From positions 143 through 64,142 of the forward strand of contig JBAYLH010000006.1 of assembly GCA_041664165.1 (NCBI GenBank): a DNA stretch of 64,000 bases. Direction: 5' to 3'. This stretch comes from Candidatus Buchananbacteria bacterium. Lineage in GTDB: Bacteria; Patescibacteriota; Patescibacteriia; Buchananbacterales; UBA6539. This document shows positions 46,616 through 55,661 of the stretch, piece by piece. Under the pieces are notes generated by a model. It had not been told where the DNA came from, did not search any database, and worked only from the letters and a program-made list of their open reading frames with translations. Position 1 is the first letter of the stretch. Every line of letters starts with the position of its first letter. Made by a program: the position numbers and the translations under genes.

Positions 46616-46791
46616 ATCATATTTATTTTAACAAATTTTTGCCAAAAAGACACCGCTCTTCTTTTTTTTACAAAAAATTCCTCCCCTAGGGAGGAGTTTT
46701 TGAGTAAGGCGTAAAGGGGTCGGGGAGGGGACGACGTTAGAACCAGGTTATCCACGCTTTTTCAGGAATTGAAGTTATATTTTTATGAAAA

Positions 46792-47172
46792 TTATTCCCA
46801 AAATAAAAATAATTTTTTGAATAGCCGTCTGTCAATAAAAGCTGCTAAAATTACCCCGACTCCATACATTACATAATCAATCGGGTCAAATACGCTCGCG
46901 AGTGCATATATTCTAAAATATTGCAGCGTTTCCGAGAGGGCACATAGTAAAAAAACTAGTATTGCTTTAACAAACCATGGTTTCAATTTTGGAAATTCCC
47001 TTTCAATTAGTTTTAGTAAAAAATAATAACTAAATGGAATTACAATATCAGCAAAGTATCTATCATGAAATGTACTTATAATCTGGTTACTGATTTTAGA
47101 ACCGAGAATAAATATAGTAGCTATTACTATTTCTAGTATTATAATAGCTATTTTCATTTTTTTGTTCCTCAT
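46792..47172 (-). CDS. Small membrane protein (DUF2809/YfiM-like)
   Basis: Four hydrophobic segments; SETLQ...FDPIDY motif; very AT-rich. Confidence 0.7.
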   Translation of the reverse strand: MRNKKMKIAIIILEIVIATIFILGSKISNQIISTFHDRYFADIVIPFSYYFLLKLIEREFPKLKPWFVKAILVFLLCALSETLQYFRIYALASVFDPIDYVMYGVGVILAAFIDRRLFKKLFLFWE

Positions 47173-47304
47173 ATATTTTTAGTATAACAAAAAACACCTC
47201 CCCCTGTTTACCGGCCCGCTATGCCGAAGCGTCAGCGAGGCGAGCAGGCAGGCGAAATAGGGGAGATGCCTTCTCCTGAAACTACGAACACTTTAGCAGG
47301 TTCA

Positions 47305-47408
47305 GGCGACCTACAGGAATTTCCGCCAGAGGCGGATCTGCTTTTTGTATTTAATAAGGTGGCGGGAAACCCGTAGCGAGAGTGCCACCCGCCCGCCTGA
47401 GCGGCAAA
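47305..47408 (-). pseudogene. Degenerate tRNA-His 3' half with two insertions
   Basis: GGCGACCTACAGGAATT[..]GAAACCCGTAGCGAGAGTGCCAC[..]AAA. Confidence 0.65.
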
Positions 47409-47422
47409 TATAAAAGCACATA

Positions 47423-47678
47423 GGGGTGGCTAGAGGGAATCGTCCCGATTTTAGAATAATCAATCAACTCAAGGGTGGCCTACGGGAATCGAACCCGTAA
47501 CGAGAGTGCCACAAACTCTAGTGATAACCATTTCACCAAGGCCACCATAAAGCCACCTTTGAGTTGATATTGTCAATCGGGATCCCGACTTCATTAATAA
47601 TATAATAATTTTTTGGGTCGGGAAACCCTCAACGAGAGTGCCACAAACTCTAGTGATAACCATTTCACCAAGGCCACC
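47423..47678 (-). pseudogene. Outer tRNA-His split in the T-loop by a 181-bp element
   Basis: Removing 47443-47623 restores GAGGGAATCGAACCCTC and a full-length tRNA-His with two acceptor-stem mismatches. Confidence 0.75.
47474..47546 (-). tRNA. tRNA-His(GTG)
   Basis: G-1, GTGGCCT/AGGCCAC acceptor, anticodon GTG, discriminator C. Confidence 0.93.
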
Positions 47679-47704
47679 ATGGACTAATTTTTACCCTTAT
47701 CACT

Positions 47705-47776
47705 CGCCCCCGCGTGGAATCGGACCACGATCTAAGGCTTAGAAGGCCCTCGTTCTATCCATTGAACTACAGGGGC
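47705..47776 (-). tRNA. tRNA-Arg(TCT)
   Basis: GCCCCTG/CGGGGGC acceptor, loop CTTCTAA; atypical T-loop TCCGATT. Confidence 0.88.
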
Positions 47777-48358
47777 TCAAGATAGGTTATGATATCAGAC
47801 TGAGACAGGGCGAGTGACAAGAGCAAAACCTTTTTCGTCCATATAAATTCATGAGAGTCAGGCGAGTCGGGCGGGGAAGGCTGTTGCTCTATCTAGTTGC
47901 TCGCCTCGCATCGCCAGCTAGATGGGCTACGGCGAAGCGGGAGCTACGGGATCTTATATTATTAGGCTCTCGCTTACCTCGCCTAAAATTTTTATTTTAA
48001 ACTATTTTTTTGAAAATGTAAGTCGACCTGCCCGCCAGCGGCTGCACCTTAGATTAGGGGTAAAATGTGACACCTGCCTATCGGCAGGCAGGAATGAGGC
48101 AGTCTTTACGGTAGCCTTTTTTTATTTGACTAACAAGAATAAATGTAGTCTATTATAAAATACGGGAAAAGTCAATTCAAATATTTATAAAAAATTTCCG
48201 CCGACTGCCTGAAAAGCCGGTTGGTTTTGGTGAAAAAGCAGTCGAAACTGGAAAGATAGGAACAATTGAAAAGAATGATTGGCAAAAACTATGAGTGGGA
48301 GTATACTTAAAATAGTCCTGTTTTTCGCTGGGTTAAAACATAATCAACAAGATAGGGT

Positions 48359-48757
48359 ATGCTAAAAAAATTATTTAGCAGAAAGAAATCAGCTCGCCGG
48401 GTTTTAATAGTCGAGGATGACGCGCTATTATCCAGAGCTATGGCCGAGAGTCTAAAAGCGGAAAAAGTCGAAGTTTTGGTGGTTGGTAACGGCTCAAACG
48501 TTTTGGCTGAGGCGATCCGATTTTCACCCAAGGTTATTTTATTGGATTTAATTCTGCCCGGTATTGATGGCTTTATGGTGTTAAAACAGCTTAAAGAAGA
48601 AATTAAAACTAAAAATATACCGGTGGCCGTTGTTTCTAACTTGGATCAAATCAGTGACGTTAAGTCGGCTAAGACCTTGGGTGCGGATCAATATTTTCTC
48701 AAAGCCAATACTAAAATAAATATTATTATTCAATATGTCAAAGATAAATTAAAATAA
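48359..48757 (+). CDS. Single-domain response regulator
   Basis: VEDD, ILLD, PGIDG, SNL, YFLK. Confidence 0.92.
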   Translation: MLKKLFSRKKSARRVLIVEDDALLSRAMAESLKAEKVEVLVVGNGSNVLAEAIRFSPKVILLDLILPGIDGFMVLKQLKEEIKTKNIPVAVVSNLDQISDVKSAKTLGADQYFLKANTKINIIIQYVKDKLK

Positions 48758-48761
48758 TAAT

Positions 48762-49145
48762 ATGGCCGAAAACAAAAAAACAATTATTTTGATTATTGAA
48801 GATGACGAAGTATTGCTTCGAGCTTTATATTTGACTTTTCACAAAAGTGATTATACTATCGCCACGGCCACGGACGGCGACACGGGTCTTAAAATGGCCG
48901 AAAGAGTGAAGCCGGATATTATTTTTTTGGATTTATTGCTGCCGAAAATGAACGGTTTTGATTTTTTGAAAAATATTAAAGCCGACCCGGTTCTTAAAGA
49001 CATTCCCATTATCGTTTTATCTAATTTGGGCGATCAAGAAAATATTGATAAGGCTAAAGAATTAGGGGCTCTTGATTATTTTGTAAAATCCAATACCAAT
49101 CTAGTGAAATTAAGGGAAAAAATCGACCAAATGCTAAAAATGTAG
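48762..49145 (+). CDS. Single-domain response regulator
   Basis: IEDD, IFLD, PKMNG, SNL, YFVK. Confidence 0.93.
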   Translation: MAENKKTIILIIEDDEVLLRALYLTFHKSDYTIATATDGDTGLKMAERVKPDIIFLDLLLPKMNGFDFLKNIKADPVLKDIPIIVLSNLGDQENIDKAKELGALDYFVKSNTNLVKLREKIDQMLKM

Positions 49146-49197
49146 CTTAAAATCCTTGATTCGTTGATTTTGTAAATTTTTTAATTTTAAAAATCAA

Positions 49198-50019
49198 ATG
49201 AAAGACAAATGGCTAAACTTGGTTTTGCTTTTGACTAACCGCGTTTATCGCCGAAAGCAGCTCGTAATCGGCCAAATCGGGCTGGCGGCAATAATGAATG
49301 TTGTCGTTTTGGTTATTTTGGAAATGATCTTGGGTTTTATTTCCCTGCCTCTCTATTTGACTTTAAAACCGGAAAAAGTCGTTGCCTATTTCGCCGAAAA
49401 AGGCAGCTACGAAAAAGTTAACACCGATTACAATTTACGCCGAATTTTAACCGTTACCGGCGTGGGTCTGATTGCTTTGATTTGGGCGGTTAAGCTGCTG
49501 TTGATTTTAGTTTTTCCGATATTTTACGGGCCATTGCAGCTTTATTCCGTTTCCGGTTTACAGCCCGTGGATATTTTAAGCCAGGATTTAATAACTACCG
49601 AAACTGGCATTCAAACCGCGCGCCTCGTCGATTCAATGCCTAAGCCTCAAATCTTGCAAGTGCGAAAAGTCAGCGGGGGAGATTACGCTTTTTTCGGCAA
49701 AGGACAACCTGATACCCAGGTTGTTTTATTGTTATCTGATATTTCCACGGCCATTTATACCGCGCCCGTTGATAAAAACGGCAATTGGCGAATTGATCAG
49801 CAGCAAAAAAAATTCAAATTGAGCGAAGGCAATCACTCAGTTATAACTTTTAGCTATGATTCTAAACTGGGTATTAGAAGCCAGCCATCACCGCCGCAAT
49901 TTTTTAAAGTTACTTCTTCCTGGGCTGATTACCTGGTGAAAAATATCGATTCGTTTGCTAATTGGTCGGTGATAATTATTATTATATTTGGCATATTTTT
50001 AATCTTTTTAGTCGTCTAA
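49198..50019 (+). CDS. Membrane protein: two-TM N-terminal domain, one Ig-like domain, C-terminal TM
   Basis: Hydrophobicity pattern; GKGQPDTQV...NGNW...GNHSV Ig-like strands. Confidence 0.85.
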   Translation: MKDKWLNLVLLLTNRVYRRKQLVIGQIGLAAIMNVVVLVILEMILGFISLPLYLTLKPEKVVAYFAEKGSYEKVNTDYNLRRILTVTGVGLIALIWAVKLLLILVFPIFYGPLQLYSVSGLQPVDILSQDLITTETGIQTARLVDSMPKPQILQVRKVSGGDYAFFGKGQPDTQVVLLLSDISTAIYTAPVDKNGNWRIDQQQKKFKLSEGNHSVITFSYDSKLGIRSQPSPPQFFKVTSSWADYLVKNIDSFANWSVIIIIIFGIFLIFLVV

Positions 50020-50023
50020 CTGT

Positions 50024-53000
50024 ATGCAAGCTCGCTGGCTAAATTTGTTTTTTCGTTATTCCGGCTACACCTTTAAGTTAAAGCAAAAAATAATCGGCGC
50101 CGACAATTGGCTGGTCGCCGGGTCTTATGCCGTCTTGTTGATTGTTTCCGAATTGGGTTTTACGGTTGTGTCTTTGCCGATTTACATTTTAGTACCGCCG
50201 ACAAAAGTCCAGGAAGAGGGGTTTGTTTTTCCCAAAGCAATTAAAGATAAGCCGCAATTTCAAACTTATGCGGTCAGAAGGAAAATTAGCTTAGCTACTT
50301 TTTTTGGGGCGGGGGGGATTTTTTTATTAAAGCTTATTTTTATCGGTTTGGTTTCATCTTATCTTTTAGGGGCTCAAGCGCTTTTAGCCGCCAGCCAGGA
50401 TTGGAATTTCAGCACGGCAGGCGATTACACTTATCCGGCTGGTAAAATTGTAGTTACGGGTGGAGTAGCTCAACTAGTAGATCAAGGCACGGGCGGAAAC
50501 TGTTTGGGTACGGCAAATGCCTGCAATACTTTTGTTACCTCGCCAACTTGCATTGCCCAAGCCGGCTGTGCGTGGGGTGGAGCGGCTTCGGGTGCTACCA
50601 CTAATCCGGACTTTACCTCTAACTCCACTGGCTGGACCGGCGCCGACTGGCTCTGGACGGCGACGACGGAAACTCGGGTAACGTCGGGGGGTAATCCAAC
50701 CGCTTTTATTCAGGTTAATATTCCTAAGGCTAAAAATATCATCGGCGGGGGCTATTGGTATCAGGCATTCACGACGACGGCTGCTAATCCGACGGCGACG
50801 GTAAGCTTTGATTGGAAAAGTATTGCTTACGCCGCTGGCACCTCCGTAACGGCCTATGTTTTTGTTGATACCGGTTTTGGTGTGCCGACTATCGGTTCGC
50901 AGGTTTGGTCACAGACAATTACCGCTACAACGGCCTGGGCGTCGGTAACTAATATTAATGTGTCTTCAAAAGTTGCGGCGGCCGGAACTTATTATTTGAA
51001 AGTTGCTTACTATGTTACCGGCGGCAGTGGAAGTGTTGGCCCATTTACGGTTGGTTTCGATAACGTGCAGCTTAATTGGTCTAAGGCCGCCAGTTGCACC
51101 GGTACGCCAACGGCCTGCAATGCTTTTGTCACCTCGCCAACTTGCACCGCGCAGGGCGGTTGCGCTTGGAATACTGTGTCTGTTTATCCGACGGATTCTC
51201 CTGCCATTTATCCCAATACTTCACTGGCTCCCGCCGGGGTTACCAACTGGAATTTATTTACTGAAACCGCCACGAAAAACGGCGGTGCCATTAATTATCA
51301 GCTTTCCGATGATGAAGGTGTTACTTGGCAATATTGGAACGGCTCGGCTTGGGCCGCGGCATCTACCGCCGCTAATTCCAATTCCGCTTCGGTGATTAAT
51401 ACCAATATTGCTTCGTTTTCCGCCGCCGCCGGCAAAATAAAATGGCAAGCATTTTTAGTCAGCAACGGTTCGCAGCAGATTATCTTAGATAATGTTTCTA
51501 TCGGTTATACGCAAAATGCGGCGCCCAGTGTTCAAAGCTTAACGGCGGCGCAAGACACTTCTTCCGGTTTTGTCCGCATCAATTATAATTTGCAGGATGG
51601 TAATAGCGATTCAATCAATTTGGTAAATTATGAATATTCTTTAACCGGCGCTTTTACTGGCGAAGAATTACCCATGACTGCCGCTAGCGATCCGGCGCAT
51701 AGCGGAATAACCGCCTTGACCAGCTCGCCGACCGGCGTGGCTCACGCCTTTGTCTGGAATGCCGGAAACGATTTAGGGTCGGTGTTTGCCAATACTATTT
51801 ATATCCGGTTGCGCGCCTATGATGGCATCACAAATAGTGGCTATGAAGTCTCGGCGGCAGTGAGTGCGGACTACGTTTTACCGGTTGTTTCGGCGGTAGC
51901 CGCGGTGCAAATGCCGGCCAGCGCCGATATTCAAATTGGTTATAATTTGTTTGATCATACGGCGGATAATATTTTAGTTGAATTGCAAGTTTCTTCGGAT
52001 GGGGGATTGAACTGGACCGTGCCCGTTACATCAGTCAGCGGCGATATCGGTTCGACGGTTTCTAGCGGTAACGGCAAGTCAATCATTTGGCAGGCGGGTA
52101 CGGATTTTGCCAACCAGGAACAGAATAACATGATGGTTAGAGTCCGCGCCAAAGACAAATATCAAAATCAGGGTAATTATATTGACTCAGCAAGTTTTGT
52201 TTTGGATAATCGCGCGCCCATAATTGCCGCGCCGGTAAATTTATTAGCCCAGCCTTTGGCCGGCGCGACGACGGTTTTAGTTGGTGGGAGTTTTAGCGAA
52301 GGCAATCCCAATACTAATAATTTTTACGTAGCGCTTAATGGCAACGCTTACGGCTCAGCCGAAGCCGGCGATACCAATACGGCGACGCCTTCGGATAAAA
52401 GCGTTTCGGCGGCGGCAACTTTGGACGGCAATGATTATATTTCGGCGGTAAAAATAGAGCACGCTGATGATTTTGGCCATTTGACGGTTAATGAAAATAC
52501 TTCGCCCAACTCCGCCTATAAATATGTAAAGCCGTATACTCCGCCAGCGCCGACGGTCGGTGCTTTAGCGGAAAATTCCGTTGAGGTAACAATTAACAAG
52601 CATTCTGCCGAGACAGATGGCTTAAAATATGCGATTTTTGAAAACACGCAAAGTTTATACGTGCAAAGCGACGGCTCTTTGAATTCCAATCCGGATTGGC
52701 AAGCCGCGGGCACCGTTACGGTTACTGGCTTGTCGCAGCCGATTTCGCAATATATTTTTCAAGTCAAATCGCGAAATACCAGCGATACCGGCTTGGCAGC
52801 CACCAGCGAAAGCGATTATTCCAGTGGGGCTTCTTCCAGCTACCAATCCCCGCAGGTGGTTATTAATTCCGTCGCTCAGACAACGAATGACACTAAGTAT
52901 GTGGTGATAAATTACACCGGCACTGATCATCAAAATCAAGCGAACAATTTAACCAAATACGAATATTCCCTTAATGGTACGGATTGGCAAGTAATGACAG

Positions 53001-55654
53001 AAAAATCCGGAGTTGGCAGCGCCGGCGTAGCCAGTTTGGCGTTTACCGCCGCCGGCGCGAATTTGGTTTTTGCTTGGGATGTCGGAGTTGACCTGCCGAA
53101 TGTTGAAGATTCTACGGTTTATGTCCGGCTCGAGTCAAATGATTTAATTACCAATAGTAATCTGGCGGTTTCATCTGCCTTTGTTGTGGATACGGCCGGA
53201 CCGGTTGTTTCAAACATCCAGGCAATTCAAACGCCCGGCACTGACAACGTGTCAATTTCGTACGACTTAGCCGATGGTGCCGGCGCTAACAATGCCGTTA
53301 CTTTGTCTGTCTCCGATGATAGCGGCACTACTTATGCGGTGTCGGCGCCAAATAAAACCGGCGCTGTCGGCAGCGGCGTTACCGCCGGTTTGGCGCGCAG
53401 TATTGTTTGGGTGGCCGGCGTTGATTTTAATAATCAAGAAAACGGCACGATGAGAATAAAGATTATAGCGACCGACAGCTATGGCAATCAAGGCAGTTCC
53501 CTTGAATCAGCCGATTTTTCCGTGGACACAAAAGCGCCGGTCATTAGCGATGTGGTAGCGGCGCAGGATTCGGGCTCGGCTTTGGTGGCTGTTACTTATA
53601 CTTTGGCCGACTTAAGCTTAGCCGATGTTGAGTTTAGCGTTTCGGCTAATAGCGGCGGTAGTTGGATTGTCGCCACCACTACTTATATGGGTAATATTGG
53701 TTTAGGGCAGTCAGCCGGGGTTAAAAATTTTAATTGGAACGCGGGGACTGATTTTCCCGATCAAGAATTAGCAACTATGAAAGTTCGCGTCCGCGCCGCT
53801 GATGCTTTCGGCCATCAAAGCGCGGATGAAGAGTCATCGGATTTTAGCGTGAATACCAAAGTGTTGTCTATTGCCAATATTACCGCCGCGCAAGACCCGG
53901 GATTAAAAACCGTAACCATCCATTACGACTTGAATAAAACAGCCTCAATTTATCTGGATATTTCTGCTGACAGCGGAATGAGCTGGAATGTGGCCACCAC
54001 GACTTTGTCCGGACAGATCGGCGATTCTATCACCGCGGGAAATAATAAAACGGTAAGTTGGAACGCCGGCGTGGATTTTAATAACGACGAAAAAGCCAGT
54101 CTGCGCGTCCGGCTGAGCGGTATTGATAGCACCGGCGTGGCCAGCCCAGAGTATGAATCCGCGGATTTTTCCGTGGATACGGCGCCGCCGCTGGGCTTAT
54201 TATCTTTAAATAAATTCGCCAGTACCGATAATTCGGTTACTTTGGCTTGGGAAGCTAATACCGATGCCAATTTTAGCCATTATGAACTATGGCATGGCAC
54301 CAACCAAAATAATGTTGATAGCCGCAGCGGTGTTGCCAGTAAATGGAGCATAGCTAATGACGCTGCTTTAAATAATCCTTTGACTATTTCAACGATTATT
54401 ACCGGCCTAACTTTAACGACTGATTATTTCGTTAAAATTTGGGCCGTCGATGATTTTGGCAATGAAAAAACCGTGCCGGCAATTAATGTTTTTGAGGCTC
54501 CGATTCAAGCCCCGGCTCTGACGCCGATTTCTGAGCCGGAAGCGCCGCCGGCCGGTGGCGTGGTGCTTATTATTGATAGTGTGCCGCCGGCCAAACCGAT
54601 TTTAAACCCGCTTGTTACTCCGACCAAAGAAACTTTAGCGGTAATTTCCGGCTTAGCGGAAACTATGGCTAAAATTGATTTATATGATAATGGCGTTTTA
54701 ATCGGCCGGTTAGATAATCTGGCTGGCAGTGATGGTATTTTTAGCCAGGATTTTAATTTGAATTCAGGCGATCATTCTTTAACGGTTAAAGCGATTGATA
54801 GCGCCGGTAATGTCAGCCCGTTTTCGGATCCGGTAATTTTAAATATCACTACCTTGCCGCCAAGTGTTCCGATAATTTTAGCACCAAAAAATAACCTCAG
54901 CATTACGGCGGCGACGTTACAAATTGTCGGCGTGGCAGATGCCGATAATAAAATTCTCATCGCCGTTGATAACAATCAATTTACGGCTGCAAGCGACAGC
55001 AACGGAGCTTGGAGTTTTATTTTGCCCAGCACTTTCGCTTTAAGCGACGGCCAGCATCTAATTTCGGCTATGGCCTTGGACGCGGCGGGTAATCAAAGCG
55101 CGGCGGCGACTTTAACCATAACTAAAACAACGGTTAAAGCACCAGTCGTCCCGCAGGCTGGCAGCCAAGCCGCTGTTTTGCCAGTCGTCCCGCCGGTTTC
55201 CATAATCAGCGAGACGACTAAAGCCGTGGAATTGCCGGGTATTCCCGTACCAACTGTCACCACGGCCGGAGCGGCCGTCTCAGCGGCCGGCGATATTTTA
55301 AGTTTTTCCGGCACGGCTTTGCCTAATTCCGACGTGGTGGTTTACATCCATAGCGATCAGGCCTTGATTTATCAGACTCGCGCTGATGCCCAAGGCGCTT
55401 GGCGCGTTGACCATTCGCAAAGTATCGCGGAATTGGCGCCGGGAAATCATACGGTTTATGCCGTCTTAGTTGATCCGGCCGCTAAAATAAAAAGCCAGCC
55501 CAGCGCGGTGGCCACCTTTACGGTTAGCCGCAATTTTTGGGTGATGGTGTATCAGTATTTAAATTGGCAGACGACAGCAGTAACTTTGATAGTTTTATTA
55601 CTGGCAATTTTTTGGCTCTATCGCCTGCGAAAAACGCCTAATATTATAAAGTAA
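50024..55654 (+). CDS. Giant (1876 aa) surface protein with repeated beta-sandwich/Ig-like domains
   Basis: Two-TM N-terminal domain, duplicated Cys motif, about 6 W.AG.DF-type repeats, A.D.AGN Ig repeats, C-terminal TM plus basic tail. Confidence 0.88.
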   Translation: MQARWLNLFFRYSGYTFKLKQKIIGADNWLVAGSYAVLLIVSELGFTVVSLPIYILVPPTKVQEEGFVFPKAIKDKPQFQTYAVRRKISLATFFGAGGIFLLKLIFIGLVSSYLLGAQALLAASQDWNFSTAGDYTYPAGKIVVTGGVAQLVDQGTGGNCLGTANACNTFVTSPTCIAQAGCAWGGAASGATTNPDFTSNSTGWTGADWLWTATTETRVTSGGNPTAFIQVNIPKAKNIIGGGYWYQAFTTTAANPTATVSFDWKSIAYAAGTSVTAYVFVDTGFGVPTIGSQVWSQTITATTAWASVTNINVSSKVAAAGTYYLKVAYYVTGGSGSVGPFTVGFDNVQLNWSKAASCTGTPTACNAFVTSPTCTAQGGCAWNTVSVYPTDSPAIYPNTSLAPAGVTNWNLFTETATKNGGAINYQLSDDEGVTWQYWNGSAWAAASTAANSNSASVINTNIASFSAAAGKIKWQAFLVSNGSQQIILDNVSIGYTQNAAPSVQSLTAAQDTSSGFVRINYNLQDGNSDSINLVNYEYSLTGAFTGEELPMTAASDPAHSGITALTSSPTGVAHAFVWNAGNDLGSVFANTIYIRLRAYDGITNSGYEVSAAVSADYVLPVVSAVAAVQMPASADIQIGYNLFDHTADNILVELQVSSDGGLNWTVPVTSVSGDIGSTVSSGNGKSIIWQAGTDFANQEQNNMMVRVRAKDKYQNQGNYIDSASFVLDNRAPIIAAPVNLLAQPLAGATTVLVGGSFSEGNPNTNNFYVALNGNAYGSAEAGDTNTATPSDKSVSAAATLDGNDYISAVKIEHADDFGHLTVNENTSPNSAYKYVKPYTPPAPTVGALAENSVEVTINKHSAETDGLKYAIFENTQSLYVQSDGSLNSNPDWQAAGTVTVTGLSQPISQYIFQVKSRNTSDTGLAATSESDYSSGASSSYQSPQVVINSVAQTTNDTKYVVINYTGTDHQNQANNLTKYEYSLNGTDWQVMTEKSGVGSAGVASLAFTAAGANLVFAWDVGVDLPNVEDSTVYVRLESNDLITNSNLAVSSAFVVDTAGPVVSNIQAIQTPGTDNVSISYDLADGAGANNAVTLSVSDDSGTTYAVSAPNKTGAVGSGVTAGLARSIVWVAGVDFNNQENGTMRIKIIATDSYGNQGSSLESADFSVDTKAPVISDVVAAQDSGSALVAVTYTLADLSLADVEFSVSANSGGSWIVATTTYMGNIGLGQSAGVKNFNWNAGTDFPDQELATMKVRVRAADAFGHQSADEESSDFSVNTKVLSIANITAAQDPGLKTVTIHYDLNKTASIYLDISADSGMSWNVATTTLSGQIGDSITAGNNKTVSWNAGVDFNNDEKASLRVRLSGIDSTGVASPEYESADFSVDTAPPLGLLSLNKFASTDNSVTLAWEANTDANFSHYELWHGTNQNNVDSRSGVASKWSIANDAALNNPLTISTIITGLTLTTDYFVKIWAVDDFGNEKTVPAINVFEAPIQAPALTPISEPEAPPAGGVVLIIDSVPPAKPILNPLVTPTKETLAVISGLAETMAKIDLYDNGVLIGRLDNLAGSDGIFSQDFNLNSGDHSLTVKAIDSAGNVSPFSDPVILNITTLPPSVPIILAPKNNLSITAATLQIVGVADADNKILIAVDNNQFTAASDSNGAWSFILPSTFALSDGQHLISAMALDAAGNQSAAATLTITKTTVKAPVVPQAGSQAAVLPVVPPVSIISETTKAVELPGIPVPTVTTAGAAVSAAGDILSFSGTALPNSDVVVYIHSDQALIYQTRADAQGAWRVDHSQSIAELAPGNHTVYAVLVDPAAKIKSQPSAVATFTVSRNFWVMVYQYLNWQTTAVTLIVLLLAIFWLYRLRKTPNIIK

Positions 55655-55661
55655 TAATTTT

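Noticed and set aside
48018-48122. ZTP, cobalamin, SRP or raiA RNA
   Set aside because: Only short partial matches; the conserved cores are missing
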